Below, one piece after another: positions 1-9,528 of a stretch of DNA of 64,000 nt. The position numbers were made by a program, and so were the translations under genes. Under the pieces are notes generated by a model that had not been told where the DNA came from, did not search any database, and saw only the letters and a list, made by a program, of their open reading frames with translations. The stretch is from a virus, in the IMG/VR virus record IMGVR_UViG_3300021963_000030. One strand, 5' to 3'. Position 1 is the first letter of the stretch, and each line of letters opens with the position of its first letter.

Positions 1-2
1 GT

Positions 3-278
3 AAGAGTGAGTTTGTTCCATCTACAAACTACTTCGTTCGTGTGAAGAACAAGGAGTTTAATTATAGTAACAATCCTACATTTGTATCTGATGGAACTGA
101 TGGACTTACCAAGGGAACAATCATCTATCAAGATTTGATCAACAATCCAAGAACTTATATTACCAGTGTTGGTTTGTATAACTCTAACAATGAACTACTT
201 GCTATCGGTAAGATCAGTAGACCAGTTCAAAAGAGTTTTGATAGTGAACTGTTGATAAAAGTCCGTATCGATTTCTAA
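3..278 (+). CDS. 5'-truncated virion structural protein, C-terminal YITxVGLY...LLAxGKxS domain
   Basis: Frame 3 is open from the window edge (KSEFVPSTNYFVRVKNKEFNYSNNPTF...), so the track start at 42 is internal. Its C-terminus is paralogous to that of 5855..8440. Confidence 0.7.
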   Translation, partial: KSEFVPSTNYFVRVKNKEFNYSNNPTFVSDGTDGLTKGTIIYQDLINNPRTYITSVGLYNSNNELLAIGKISRPVQKSFDSELLIKVRIDF

Positions 279-286
279 TACAATCC

Positions 287-294
287 TATTTATA
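287..294 (+). promoter_or_regulatory. TATTTATA late-gene motif
   Basis: Exact motif 5 nt upstream of ATG 300; one of about 21 copies. Confidence 0.6.
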
Positions 295-299
295 TTAGG

Positions 300-1943
300 A
301 TGATCAAGTTTTTTAGAAATCAAGATATTATTTTGACTCCATTCACTCTTGCGAAACCGCAGGAGATGAATAGTATTTTCAATGATCTAATTGCGGTGAA
401 TGATGGAGACGAAGTTTATGCACTATCGACTCCAACTTTGGCATGTGATGATACGACTTCTGGTAGTTGTTATGAAACTACAGTTGAAGGATTTTTAGGA
501 GTAAGTCAGTTTGATGATGGAATAGCTCTCCAGATAGGTATTTACGTTCCATCAAGTTCTGTATTTTACCCAAGTGGAAGTCCAGATTATAATGCTTCGA
601 CAAATCCTCAAAATTTGGACGGAACTTATCAACGTCAAGTTTATAATACAGTCAAAAAGATGTATTATAACAACTACAATAACGCATACAACATGTTTGG
701 TATTGATGGGTATGACAACTCGTTGATGACAAGCAGTCTTACAAACGATATATCTGTTTTTAGTTTGACCATCAGTCAAGCAGGCGACAAAATCAGACCA
801 AATACGGTTGTAATAAGTAATCAAAGTGGTGACATCGTAGCAGACATAATTGATGATGGAAATTACAACTTGATACTTTCTGGAACTTACTTTATAAACA
901 AATATCCATTAAGTTCCGATTCAAGAGATTTGACTACTCCTTTGAATATTTGTGGTTTGGGTGCATATTTGTCAGATCCATATAATATTGAACCATGTTG
1001 TAATATAACTCCAACTCCCACACCTACTCCAGCTCCCACATCAACGCCAACTCCTACGCCAACACCTACTGCTACAAGCACACCAACTCCTACTGCTACT
1101 GCAACTCCTACGCCTACTGGCGCGCCAACAAATACGCCTACACCAACTCCGACCAATACGCCTACGCCAACACCTACAAATACCCCTACAAACACTCCAA
1201 CGGCTACTCCAACTCCAACCCCTGAACCTCCGACTGCTACGCCAACACCTACCCCAACTGCTACACCAACACCAACACCTGGTGGACCAACTGCAACTCC
1301 AACTCCTACACCAACTCCCACACCTACAAACACTCCAACGCCTACACCAGAACCGCCTACACCTACTCCGGTTCCTACAAATACACCTACCCCAACTGTC
1401 ACACCTACTCCGACGCCTACGCCTACACCGGAACCACCAACTCCGACGCCTACTCCTACTCCAGCGCCTGGTGACTTTTTTTACGTTGAAGCACGTATCT
1501 TTGGATCTTGTTCATCTGAACCCAATTGTATTGAATATCCTTCGTGCGTCCCATGTTGGGATGGAACGGGTGTTCAAGATTTGTGTCCTCCAGGAAATAT
1601 TGCGGTGAGTGTTACTGTTACTACTTATAACCAAGGTGGCGCCATAATGGAAAGCGTAGGCGACGAACAATCAACAATTTCATGTGGTGTAGTCCCATCA
1701 CAAAAAGTTGTGACTATACGATATAATTCGGCATTCCTAGGAGTAACAAGTTCTAATACAGCAATACAAGTTGTAAAGACAGAACCAAGGCTCGATAATA
1801 TAACAGGTTGTTGCACAACAATAACATCTCCAGGCACACCTAATACAGTTGATGATATTATTGCAAAAATAAATTATGCTATAAATAATAGCCTTGGATC
1901 TGGAACAGTTGGCGATCCATATCGCATGGATGTTTTCACCTAA
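300..1943 (+). CDS. Putative virion structural protein with a central Pro/Thr mucin-like linker
   Basis: 547 aa. N-terminal domain ([10 protein letters not shown]...IIDDGNYNL), about 154-residue PT/PTN/PTA repeat, then a Cys-containing C-terminal domain. Preceded by the late motif. Confidence 0.7.
   Translation: MIKFFRNQDIILTPFTLAKPQEMNSIFNDLIAVNDGDEVYALSTPTLACDDTTSGSCYETTVEGFLGVSQFDDGIALQIGIYVPSSSVFYPSGSPDYNASTNPQNLDGTYQRQVYNTVKKMYYNNYNNAYNMFGIDGYDNSLMTSSLTNDISVFSLTISQAGDKIRPNTVVISNQSGDIVADIIDDGNYNLILSGTYFINKYPLSSDSRDLTTPLNICGLGAYLSDPYNIEPCCNITPTPTPTPAPTSTPTPTPTPTATSTPTPTATATPTPTGAPTNTPTPTPTNTPTPTPTNTPTNTPTATPTPTPEPPTATPTPTPTATPTPTPGGPTATPTPTPTPTPTNTPTPTPEPPTPTPVPTNTPTPTVTPTPTPTPTPEPPTPTPTPTPAPGDFFYVEARIFGSCSSEPNCIEYPSCVPCWDGTGVQDLCPPGNIAVSVTVTTYNQGGAIMESVGDEQSTISCGVVPSQKVVTIRYNSAFLGVTSSNTAIQVVKTEPRLDNITGCCTTITSPGTPNTVDDIIAKINYAINNSLGSGTVGDPYRMDVFT
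1008..1469 (+). repeat. (Pro-Thr)n low-complexity coding repeat
   Basis: CCN-ACN codon alternation with varied third positions, encoding TPTPTP..., with occasional EPP, N, A, GG interruptions. Confidence 0.95.
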
Positions 1944-1954
1944 TTATATCTAAT

Positions 1955-1983
1955 TTCAAGATTGATGTAAGTCTATGTATAAT
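1955..1983 (+). promoter_or_regulatory. Sigma70-like promoter for the glycosylation cassette
   Basis: TTCAAG-17 nt-TATAAT, 5 nt before ATG 1989; no SD. Confidence 0.55.
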
Positions 1984-1988
1984 GAGTT

Positions 1989-3236
1989 ATGTCTAAAATA
2001 TTTGTTCAAATTGCCAGTTATAGAGATCCTGAGTTAGTTCCTACAATTAGAGATTTAATTGCTAAAGCCAAATATCCAGAAAATTTGACATTTGGTATAT
2101 GTTGGCAACGTGATGATACCGAGTCACTAGAAGAGTTTACTAATGACCCACGGTTCAGAGTGATGGATGTTCAGTATCAAAAAAGTGAGGGTTTGGGTTG
2201 GGCTAGAAATATAACACAAAAGCTTTGGAAAGACGAAGAATTTACATTACAAATTGATTCACATCATCGATTTGTTCAAGATTGGGATGCGATGTGTATT
2301 GAAGATTATAATCAAGCGTTAGAACTTAGTAAGAAACCAATCATTACAACATACTGCACCCCATTTAATCCAAAAGATGATCCGTCTACTTGGAATCCAG
2401 TTCCTTGTTTGATGAGTCAGTATGAGTTTTCATATGATAAATTGTTGATGAGTATGCCTTGGTTTATTCAAGACTATAAATCAAGAACTAAGGTAATTCG
2501 TGCCAGAACATTATCTGGACATTTTATTTTTACACAAGGAAAGTTCTGTGAGGAGGTTCAGTATGACCCAAGAGTATACTTTGGTGGATACACAGAAGAA
2601 ACGTCTATGAGTTTGAGAGCATACAGCCACGGGTATGATTTCTTCTCACCATACAGAATGATTATGTGGCATGAGTATACCAGAAACTATCGTGTCAAAC
2701 ATTGGGATGATCATGGTCATAAGACAGAACAAATTAAAGTCACCAGCGGAGAACGTGATGTTTTATCTCGTAACCTAGTCAGACAGTTGTTTGGTCAAGA
2801 AAATCATAATATACCATTTGGAGTTTATGGTTTAGGAACTGAACGGACTTTGCGTGACTATGAAGTTGCGTTTGGATTTGATTTTAAGAAGTGTAGAATT
2901 CAAGGTTATACCCTTAAGGTTAATGAACCACCTAATCCAGGCGTGTGGGAAGAAGAGTTTAAACTTGAAAACTACAATATGGTCGTAAATTGGGATGTTG
3001 AGTTTTTCAAAAACAATCAGTTGGATGGATATGAGTTCATAACATTTGGAATATTGGATAAGTTCAGTAATAACTTATATCGTCAAGATTTCAACCCGAA
3101 AGAACATCCCAATATTTTCAATTATACACAAAATACTCACACTGCGAAGTTTGCTAGTGAGAACAAACCGGATAAACTGGTTATGTATGGTCATACAAAA
3201 GCTGGATGGTCTCCTCGATATGAAAAGAGTATATGA
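1989..3236 (+). CDS. GT60-like (Gnt1/Skp1 GlcNAc-transferase-like) glycosyltransferase
   Basis: IFVQIASYRDPEL, GLGWARN, LQIDSHHRF (DxH), LSGHFIF, EEVQYDP..YF.GYTEE..MSLRAYSHGYDFFSP...MWHEY match the GT60/GlcNAc family pattern. Extra C-terminal domain. Confidence 0.8.
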   Translation: MSKIFVQIASYRDPELVPTIRDLIAKAKYPENLTFGICWQRDDTESLEEFTNDPRFRVMDVQYQKSEGLGWARNITQKLWKDEEFTLQIDSHHRFVQDWDAMCIEDYNQALELSKKPIITTYCTPFNPKDDPSTWNPVPCLMSQYEFSYDKLLMSMPWFIQDYKSRTKVIRARTLSGHFIFTQGKFCEEVQYDPRVYFGGYTEETSMSLRAYSHGYDFFSPYRMIMWHEYTRNYRVKHWDDHGHKTEQIKVTSGERDVLSRNLVRQLFGQENHNIPFGVYGLGTERTLRDYEVAFGFDFKKCRIQGYTLKVNEPPNPGVWEEEFKLENYNMVVNWDVEFFKNNQLDGYEFITFGILDKFSNNLYRQDFNPKEHPNIFNYTQNTHTAKFASENKPDKLVMYGHTKAGWSPRYEKSI

Positions 3237-4327
3237 GAATCGCATTTCTCGTCATAGGAAACACAAGTAGGAGTGGTGTTATCACCGGTAAAAATATAAG
3301 ATACGGCGGATCTAGTTGCTCTGGAACCGAGAGTAGTGTAATTTATGTTGCGGAGTATCTAAAAAAGATTGGACATGACGTAACTATAGCACTTGAGGTT
3401 TGCGATAAAGCTGAAGTCTGTGGTGGCGTCTTATACACAGATTTTTCTTTTAAAGGTGATGATACAAAAGAATATGATGTGTTGGTATCATGTTTGTGGT
3501 TTAATAAATATGATGAATTACCGATCAAAGTAACCAAGGCGGTTGTATATTGGTATCACTTGGCATGGGGATATGCTATGAACGATATGGTTAAGTTTGC
3601 CAAAGATAATAACTTAATCATCGGCACTATATCCGTATCGAATTGGGCAAAAAAAGAAAACGAATCATACAATGTTCCATTTAAGAATTACTCGGATAGA
3701 TATATTGAAGAGGTAATTCCAAATTCGTTAGATGTCCATCTGATCAATTCAGTTTGGAACAAAAAAATTCAAAGAAAAAAACATAAAATCATTCATTTTG
3801 GTCAATGGTCCAGAGGTGGAGACATCGCAAAAAATACCGCATATGAATTAGGGTGGGATGATTTGGTATTTGAGAGTTTTGATTATTTGGATTCGGAACG
3901 GGGGCTTGATAAGACTACACTATATACAAAACTCGCCGAGAGTGATTACTATATATTTCCACTTTTGACTCATGGAAAACTTGTTTATCAAGATACATTT
4001 TCTGTGTCAGTCGCTGAAGCATTAGCTATGGGTGTGACCGTAGTAACATATCCGTTGGGAGCAATACCAGAATATTTTGGTGACTATTGTAAATTTATTG
4101 ACTTTCCAAATGGCGTAAATATGGATGTGTTGTCTAAACTGCGTGTATTTGAAGAACCTAGATTTTCAGACACAACTAACATAATTAAACTGATTAATAC
4201 GATTGAACAAAGTGATGTCAGTGAGTATGACAGAATTTCACAACGTGAGTATATCTGTAATTCATTCAACGTTGAATTTGTAGGTAGTAAATGGAACAAT
4301 TTTCTGAACAACTTATGTATGATTTGA
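3233..4327 (+). CDS. GT-B fold, GT4-like glycosyltransferase
   Basis: GSSCSGTESSVIYVAEYL..GHDVT, and C-terminal DYYIFP...DTFSVSVAEALAMGVTVVTYPLGAIPE. ATGA overlap with the upstream gene. Confidence 0.8.
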   Translation: MRIAFLVIGNTSRSGVITGKNIRYGGSSCSGTESSVIYVAEYLKKIGHDVTIALEVCDKAEVCGGVLYTDFSFKGDDTKEYDVLVSCLWFNKYDELPIKVTKAVVYWYHLAWGYAMNDMVKFAKDNNLIIGTISVSNWAKKENESYNVPFKNYSDRYIEEVIPNSLDVHLINSVWNKKIQRKKHKIIHFGQWSRGGDIAKNTAYELGWDDLVFESFDYLDSERGLDKTTLYTKLAESDYYIFPLLTHGKLVYQDTFSVSVAEALAMGVTVVTYPLGAIPEYFGDYCKFIDFPNGVNMDVLSKLRVFEEPRFSDTTNIIKLINTIEQSDVSEYDRISQREYICNSFNVEFVGSKWNNFLNNLCMI

Positions 4328-4425
4328 TAGCATTAAAAGATCGTATTTACACAACAATCATAGACCATGAAGATGTTTTTTGTGTGAGTAATGAATACTT
4401 AAAACAACTGGGTAATAATTTATGA
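4315..4425 (+). CDS. Small hypothetical protein (36 aa, MYDLIALKDRIYTT...)
   Basis: Fills the gap between the GT4-like gene and the methyltransferase; its TGA overlaps ATG 4422 (ATGA). Below the ORF-track cutoff. Confidence 0.4.
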   Translation: MYDLIALKDRIYTTIIDHEDVFCVSNEYLKQLGNNL

Positions 4426-5081
4426 ATAAAATCGGAGTAGATGTGTATGAAAATTTCAGCCCCATGTATCCATTAGATATGCATGGGTGGATGGCAAATT
4501 CTGAGATATTTGAAAAGTTAATAACAAAATGTAGACCAGATACCATCATAGAAGTTGGAACTTGGAAAGGTAGATCTGCAATAACAATGTCAGAGATTGT
4601 AAAAAAACTAGGACTGGATTGTAAAATATATTGTATAGATACTTGGCTTGGCGCTTTAGAATTTTGGGGCAACGATATTCCTGTAGAAAAGAATTTGTTT
4701 TTGAAGAATGGATATCCACAGATATATTATCAATTTTTGTCCAACGTTGTTCATACAAACAATCAAGATATTATTACACCCGTGCCTCTTCCATCAAATT
4801 TAGCGGCTAAATTGTTGAAAAATAATCAAATAAAATCTCAACTTATTTATATAGATGGTTCACATGAAACCGATGATGTATATGCGGACATGACTAACTA
4901 CAGTAAATTATTAACCCCAGGCGGAATAATGTTTGGTGATGATTATACTTGGTATACCGTAAAAGACGGAGTTCGTAAATTTGTTGATGAAAATAAATGT
5001 GGACAAAATATGACTTATGAGTTTGATCCAAATCCAGAAGCAGGTCCTATAAATTGGATATATGAAAAACCCAAATTATGA
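4422..5081 (+). CDS. Class I SAM-dependent methyltransferase (Methyltransf_24-like)
   Basis: IIEVGTWKGRSA, YCIDTW, LIYIDGSH...LTPGGIMFGDDY. Confidence 0.85.
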   Translation: MNKIGVDVYENFSPMYPLDMHGWMANSEIFEKLITKCRPDTIIEVGTWKGRSAITMSEIVKKLGLDCKIYCIDTWLGALEFWGNDIPVEKNLFLKNGYPQIYYQFLSNVVHTNNQDIITPVPLPSNLAAKLLKNNQIKSQLIYIDGSHETDDVYADMTNYSKLLTPGGIMFGDDYTWYTVKDGVRKFVDENKCGQNMTYEFDPNPEAGPINWIYEKPKL

Positions 5082-5851
5082 AATTAGGATTATTTTACCA
5101 ATCGGGACATAAAATCGAAGCGTGTTATTTTGCGCTAGAACAGTTTAGAAAATTTTATCCATCTGAACCTATAGCTCTGTGGGAAGATAATACTAATATA
5201 TTGGTTCCTGTTTCTAGGAAATTTAACTGTGATTATAAAAAAACAACTATTCCAGGATTAAACACGACGACTTTGGGAAGGCCTGTATATAATTTAGAAA
5301 CATTGTTGTCTTGGTATGATAGAGTTTATGAATCATGTTTGACGACATTGAGTTCCGCAGATTGGGTTATGAATTTTGAAGACGATGTTTGGTTTAAAAA
5401 AAGAATTGAAGGAGAACCACCTTTTGATTTATCTGGAATTCTTGGCAGAGGTTGGCATGACGATTTGTATAATCACCTACAAACGTCTGTTAAAGGGTGT
5501 TTTGGATGTGGCGGGTCTATATTTAACCGATTGAAGTTTATAGAAGCATATAATAAACTAAAAAATGTAGATTGGCAATTGATAGATAATTTAGCTAAAG
5601 ATCCAAAACCGACCGAGTGGACTGATTCTGGTTTAACATTTCTATTTTATTATTCTAAGTTTAGTGTTGGTGGTTGGGTGGAGTTATCGCAATATAGATC
5701 TCAAAAAATACATGCTTTACATGATCTCGACTGTTGGTGGGAATCTATTAATAATAACAATGGATCTGTCATTCATGGGTTCAAACCATACTATTTTCCC
5801 ACTTTAGATCAAACAGATTACGTAAAAACTAATTTACTTCAATATTTATAG
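5078..5851 (+). CDS. Putative GT-A fold glycosyltransferase
   Basis: DWVMNFEDDVWF acidic metal-binding motif and GCGGSIFNR; lies in an ATGA-coupled glycosylation operon. Confidence 0.55.
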   Translation: MKLGLFYQSGHKIEACYFALEQFRKFYPSEPIALWEDNTNILVPVSRKFNCDYKKTTIPGLNTTTLGRPVYNLETLLSWYDRVYESCLTTLSSADWVMNFEDDVWFKKRIEGEPPFDLSGILGRGWHDDLYNHLQTSVKGCFGCGGSIFNRLKFIEAYNKLKNVDWQLIDNLAKDPKPTEWTDSGLTFLFYYSKFSVGGWVELSQYRSQKIHALHDLDCWWESINNNNGSVIHGFKPYYFPTLDQTDYVKTNLLQYL

Positions 5852-5854
5852 TAA

Positions 5855-8440
5855 ATGTCGAATCTGTTAAACATCTATAACGAGAACTTTGGACAACATG
5901 TAGTCACGAATGGTGCTTACATAGCTGTGTCAAACACCAACTCAAAGCCATACTCTTGTGAGGAGGGATTTGCTAGAATTGGCGAAGTGGTAATTTATCA
6001 AAAAAATAGATTTTCTACGAACTATTCTTTTGCAAAGACGTATAGAAACGAAGTCGAGAGTCGAGGCGACATTTTGTCATACTACACAGAACAAAGTGCG
6101 AGTGTCGATTTTACGGCTTCTTTGAGATACGAAAGTGGATCTTACACTGACAACTCATTAGCATGTGACTTTTTGGTATTGGAAGATGGAACGGTAATTT
6201 CTAAACAAACTTCGTTTGGATCTGCATTAGCTATGTGTGATCGATTCTTAGCAATATCAGATATTGCATTTAGTCAAAGCATAGCAAATATTGATCAAAA
6301 TTATGCATCCGTGTATATCTACAAGTTCTTTGACGAAAATATTACGGGATCATGTTCTGTAGAAAATAATGATTTGTTTACTTTGCCAGATCTTCCAATT
6401 TGTGGAATAACAGGTTCAGCCGCTGAAGGATTTGGTAGATCAGTAGCAATTTCTGACAACTTCTTAGCAATAGGATCACCATTCAAAAATTCAAACAGTG
6501 GGTCAGTTGACATTTATTTGTATACTGGATCTGGTTGTGGATATTATTTGTATTATCAAACTATAACTTCTTCAAATAACGCTGATGCGTATTTTGGAAC
6601 ATCTTTGTATATCGATAAATTTGATGAAAACAAATTGGTAATATCATCTGGACCACAAACAGATAGTAAAGTATTTGTTTACTTCAGAGAAGGAGATATA
6701 AAAACTGGAACGTGGGAATTGACTCAAACAATTTCTCAAGATACTTCATCAAAGTGGTTAAGAATAGAAGGAGATCAAGATCTTGAGTGGTTTCCCATCA
6801 GTCAAACGAATACTAGGTATGGTTATTCAGTAGCAGTTGCTAAAAATAATTTGATCGTAGGTGCTCCTAACGATCTTATTTACTACGAGTATAGTAGTTC
6901 ATTGGCACTTACTGGGTCACAACCTTTAAGACAAAGAGGCGCTATTTACTATTACAGTTTGCCTGTGACCGGATCAAAAGAATTTGCACTAGTAGAGAAA
7001 ATCTACGGTGATACAAATACATTCAAAGACAACATGTTTGGATATAGTGTTGATATAAACAACCAATATGTTCTTGCTGGATCTCCAAAACGATATTTTC
7101 CATTTTCTAGTTTGTATTTGTCCGCATCTGTTGATAGATACAATACAAATTTTGAGGTAAATGATTTTGGTGCTAGCACATTTAACGGACAAGCCATGTT
7201 GTATAAGATATCGACTGACGTTTGTCCAGATCAATTGACTTTGAAGATGGCAACAACCACACCTATAGGATACAGAAAGAAGGTGGGTGAGTCTTTCACA
7301 GCGTTTGGTGCATCTGTTGCATTGTCCGAACAAAACTTGGTTATAGGTTCACCAGCACCATTGAATAATGACATGTATTTGGCGGAACCATATGCGGTAG
7401 AACAAAGTGGTAGTGGTGAGTTTAATTGTAATGGTGATGACCCAACTGATGTAGTTTATCTTAGAATGGAAGATGAGATTTGTGATTGTAGTGGATATGA
7501 TTTGAATTCTGCTCAAAGTGGTTCGATTGTGTTTATTGAAGAGACAGATGCAAATGTTGTTGCAAGTTTATATGGTAGAGCTTTTATCTATGATTTTAGT
7601 GATCTACAAACCAATCCAAACGTAGGTAACATATTCTATAGTTACAATAAGTTTGTGGTAAACAACACAGGCAGTATATTTGCGGATATTTTAAAGAACC
7701 CACTACAACCTCTTGATGATTACATTTATGGTGAATATCAAAGTCAAATAACCCTCCATGAAAAACAATATATCTGCACTGTAGAACCAGGCGAGTTCAA
7801 CATCTCTACCAATCCTACAGCTGTTACTTCTTCGTTGGTAGGACCATACTGTGTTATCAACAAAGATACATTTGACTTTAGTAACTTGGATATCATATTG
7901 AGGTATATCAACTATAAATTGACTTCTACACACGTTGAATCTTGGTGGGATGTGTTGGTATCTGGCGATGTTCAAGAAAGTATATTTGGATTCTTCACAT
8001 CATCCGTAGTTGATTACACAGACAATCGATTGACACCAGAGTTGTTATGTGAATTAGGAACCAAAAATTTTGACGTAAATAAAGATGGTATGATCAATTA
8101 TGCAGATGCGTATATGATCTGGAACTACTTTATACAAAATTTGACAATTGAAAATTATCAACAGTATGTTGGTCCTACTTCAAAGAGAAAGAACTATGAC
8201 GATATTATTGCGTTTCTGGATGAACAAACTGGCAAAGGTAATCAGAATACAGTAAAAGCTGAGTTCTTTGATTATAACTTCAGTTCGTCTGTGGACCCAA
8301 CCGGTTCTTATTTGGCACCGTATATTACTGAGGTTGGTTTGTATGCTGGTGCAGATCTTGTAGCGGTTGCTAAGTTAGCAAGTCCTATCAAAAACAACGG
8401 TCAAATTCCAATAAATATTGTTGTTAAATGGGACACATAA
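5855..8440 (+). CDS. FG-GAP beta-propeller virion protein with EF-hand/dockerin-like motif and C-terminal YITEVGLY domain
   Basis: About 7 FG/YG blades (FGSALAM, FGRSVAISDNFLAIGSP, YFGTSL, YGYSVAV...IVGAP, FGYSVDI...AGSP, FGASVAL...IGSP); DVNKDGMINYAD; TATTTATA 4 nt upstream (5843-5850). Confidence 0.75.
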   Translation: MSNLLNIYNENFGQHVVTNGAYIAVSNTNSKPYSCEEGFARIGEVVIYQKNRFSTNYSFAKTYRNEVESRGDILSYYTEQSASVDFTASLRYESGSYTDNSLACDFLVLEDGTVISKQTSFGSALAMCDRFLAISDIAFSQSIANIDQNYASVYIYKFFDENITGSCSVENNDLFTLPDLPICGITGSAAEGFGRSVAISDNFLAIGSPFKNSNSGSVDIYLYTGSGCGYYLYYQTITSSNNADAYFGTSLYIDKFDENKLVISSGPQTDSKVFVYFREGDIKTGTWELTQTISQDTSSKWLRIEGDQDLEWFPISQTNTRYGYSVAVAKNNLIVGAPNDLIYYEYSSSLALTGSQPLRQRGAIYYYSLPVTGSKEFALVEKIYGDTNTFKDNMFGYSVDINNQYVLAGSPKRYFPFSSLYLSASVDRYNTNFEVNDFGASTFNGQAMLYKISTDVCPDQLTLKMATTTPIGYRKKVGESFTAFGASVALSEQNLVIGSPAPLNNDMYLAEPYAVEQSGSGEFNCNGDDPTDVVYLRMEDEICDCSGYDLNSAQSGSIVFIEETDANVVASLYGRAFIYDFSDLQTNPNVGNIFYSYNKFVVNNTGSIFADILKNPLQPLDDYIYGEYQSQITLHEKQYICTVEPGEFNISTNPTAVTSSLVGPYCVINKDTFDFSNLDIILRYINYKLTSTHVESWWDVLVSGDVQESIFGFFTSSVVDYTDNRLTPELLCELGTKNFDVNKDGMINYADAYMIWNYFIQNLTIENYQQYVGPTSKRKNYDDIIAFLDEQTGKGNQNTVKAEFFDYNFSSSVDPTGSYLAPYITEVGLYAGADLVAVAKLASPIKNNGQIPINIVVKWDT

Positions 8441-8469
8441 CCATATTTATTATAAAGCGATAAAAACAT

Positions 8470-8958
8470 ATGGCTACTCTATCAGACAGCAAAATAATTG
8501 ACCGTGAATCATCAAACAAGAGTTTGGCAGACAGATATTTGTCTGGTCAAGCCGCTGGTGGTGCTTATCAACCAGTTCAAAAGAATGTCAAGACACAAGG
8601 TTCAAATGAGTTGTCACTTGGTGGAAGCACAGCTGATAGAGACTGGACTGTTTCCAAGGGGTTCTTGACAAAGGTCACTACTGGAACTGAGAATTTTAAT
8701 AAAAGCGCACTCAATTATAGTGATAATACCAGAAACGGTCCAGTTATTACCACGGGTATAAACAAAATTGCTACTAACTGGAATGGAGGATCTTCAATCA
8801 AAGATACTTTGTATACCGTTGATCCAGGCTTTAGAACTAATACTCCTACTGGTGCTACACAATTCAAGGATGCTATAGGAAATCAATCCAAGCAACTTTC
8901 TATATACTTAAAGGGTTTCAATTCAAACAAATATATTAATGGCGGGTTTACTCGTTAA
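8470..8958 (+). CDS. Hypothetical protein (late motif upstream)
   Basis: 162 aa with a weak internal duplication (GFLTKVTTGTENF / GFRTNTPTGATQF); TATTTATT at 8444-8451. Confidence 0.6.
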   Translation: MATLSDSKIIDRESSNKSLADRYLSGQAAGGAYQPVQKNVKTQGSNELSLGGSTADRDWTVSKGFLTKVTTGTENFNKSALNYSDNTRNGPVITTGINKIATNWNGGSSIKDTLYTVDPGFRTNTPTGATQFKDAIGNQSKQLSIYLKGFNSNKYINGGFTR

Positions 8959-8972
8959 TATATCTATTTGTA

Positions 8973-9485
8973 ATGGTTATATTAGGTTTAGATTCATCAA
9001 CATCGGTTACTGGATGGGCATTTAACGTCGATGGTAAAATCGAACAAGCGGGTTTTATTGACACCAAAAAGTTCGAAACGACTAAAGAAAAAACGTTTCA
9101 TGTAATCTCAGAATTGGAAAAGATTCCACTCATTAAAAAAGTGGACCATATAAATCTTGAAGCAGCCCTCAGTGGTTTTGCTGGCGGATTTACATCACAA
9201 CAAGTTATTATAACTTTGGCACGACACAATGCTGTATTTGCTTATATCATTGAAGAACACTTCAAATGTAAAGTAAATCTTCTATCGGTTACTACAATGC
9301 GTAAACATCTTTTTGGAAAATGTCGTGTCAAGGGTATCAAACCAAAAGAGTTTGTGAAAGAAGAGTTGGAAAAAATGATGCCCACTGTTACTAAGTTTAC
9401 CGTTAAGAATAAAAAAGGAAATTGGGACGAGCGAAATAGCGACATGTATGACGGAATTGTATGCGCCATGTATGTCGAAAAATAA
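8973..9485 (+). CDS. RuvC-like Holliday junction resolvase
   Basis: ILGLDSSTSVTGWA, INLEAA, and terminal DMYDGIVCA give the RNase H-fold D..E..D-x2-D acidic set. Confidence 0.8.
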   Translation: MVILGLDSSTSVTGWAFNVDGKIEQAGFIDTKKFETTKEKTFHVISELEKIPLIKKVDHINLEAALSGFAGGFTSQQVIITLARHNAVFAYIIEEHFKCKVNLLSVTTMRKHLFGKCRVKGIKPKEFVKEELEKMMPTVTKFTVKNKKGNWDERNSDMYDGIVCAMYVEK

Positions 9486-9489
9486 AAAG

Positions 9490-9517
9490 TTGATTCTGCT
9501 AATTCGTCGTGTAGAAT
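9490..9517 (+). promoter_or_regulatory. Sigma70-like promoter upstream of primase
   Basis: TTGATT-16 nt-TAGAAT, 11 nt before ATG 9529. Confidence 0.4.
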
Positions 9518-9528
9518 GAGAATGACGT

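Noticed and set aside
887-1402. Minus-strand VGVGVG ORF, and plus-strand 1282..1608
   Set aside because: Shadow frames of the (Pro-Thr)n repeat.
1008-1469. Possible CRISPR array or DNA tandem repeat
   Set aside because: No constant repeat with unique spacers; third codon positions vary, so selection acts on the protein.
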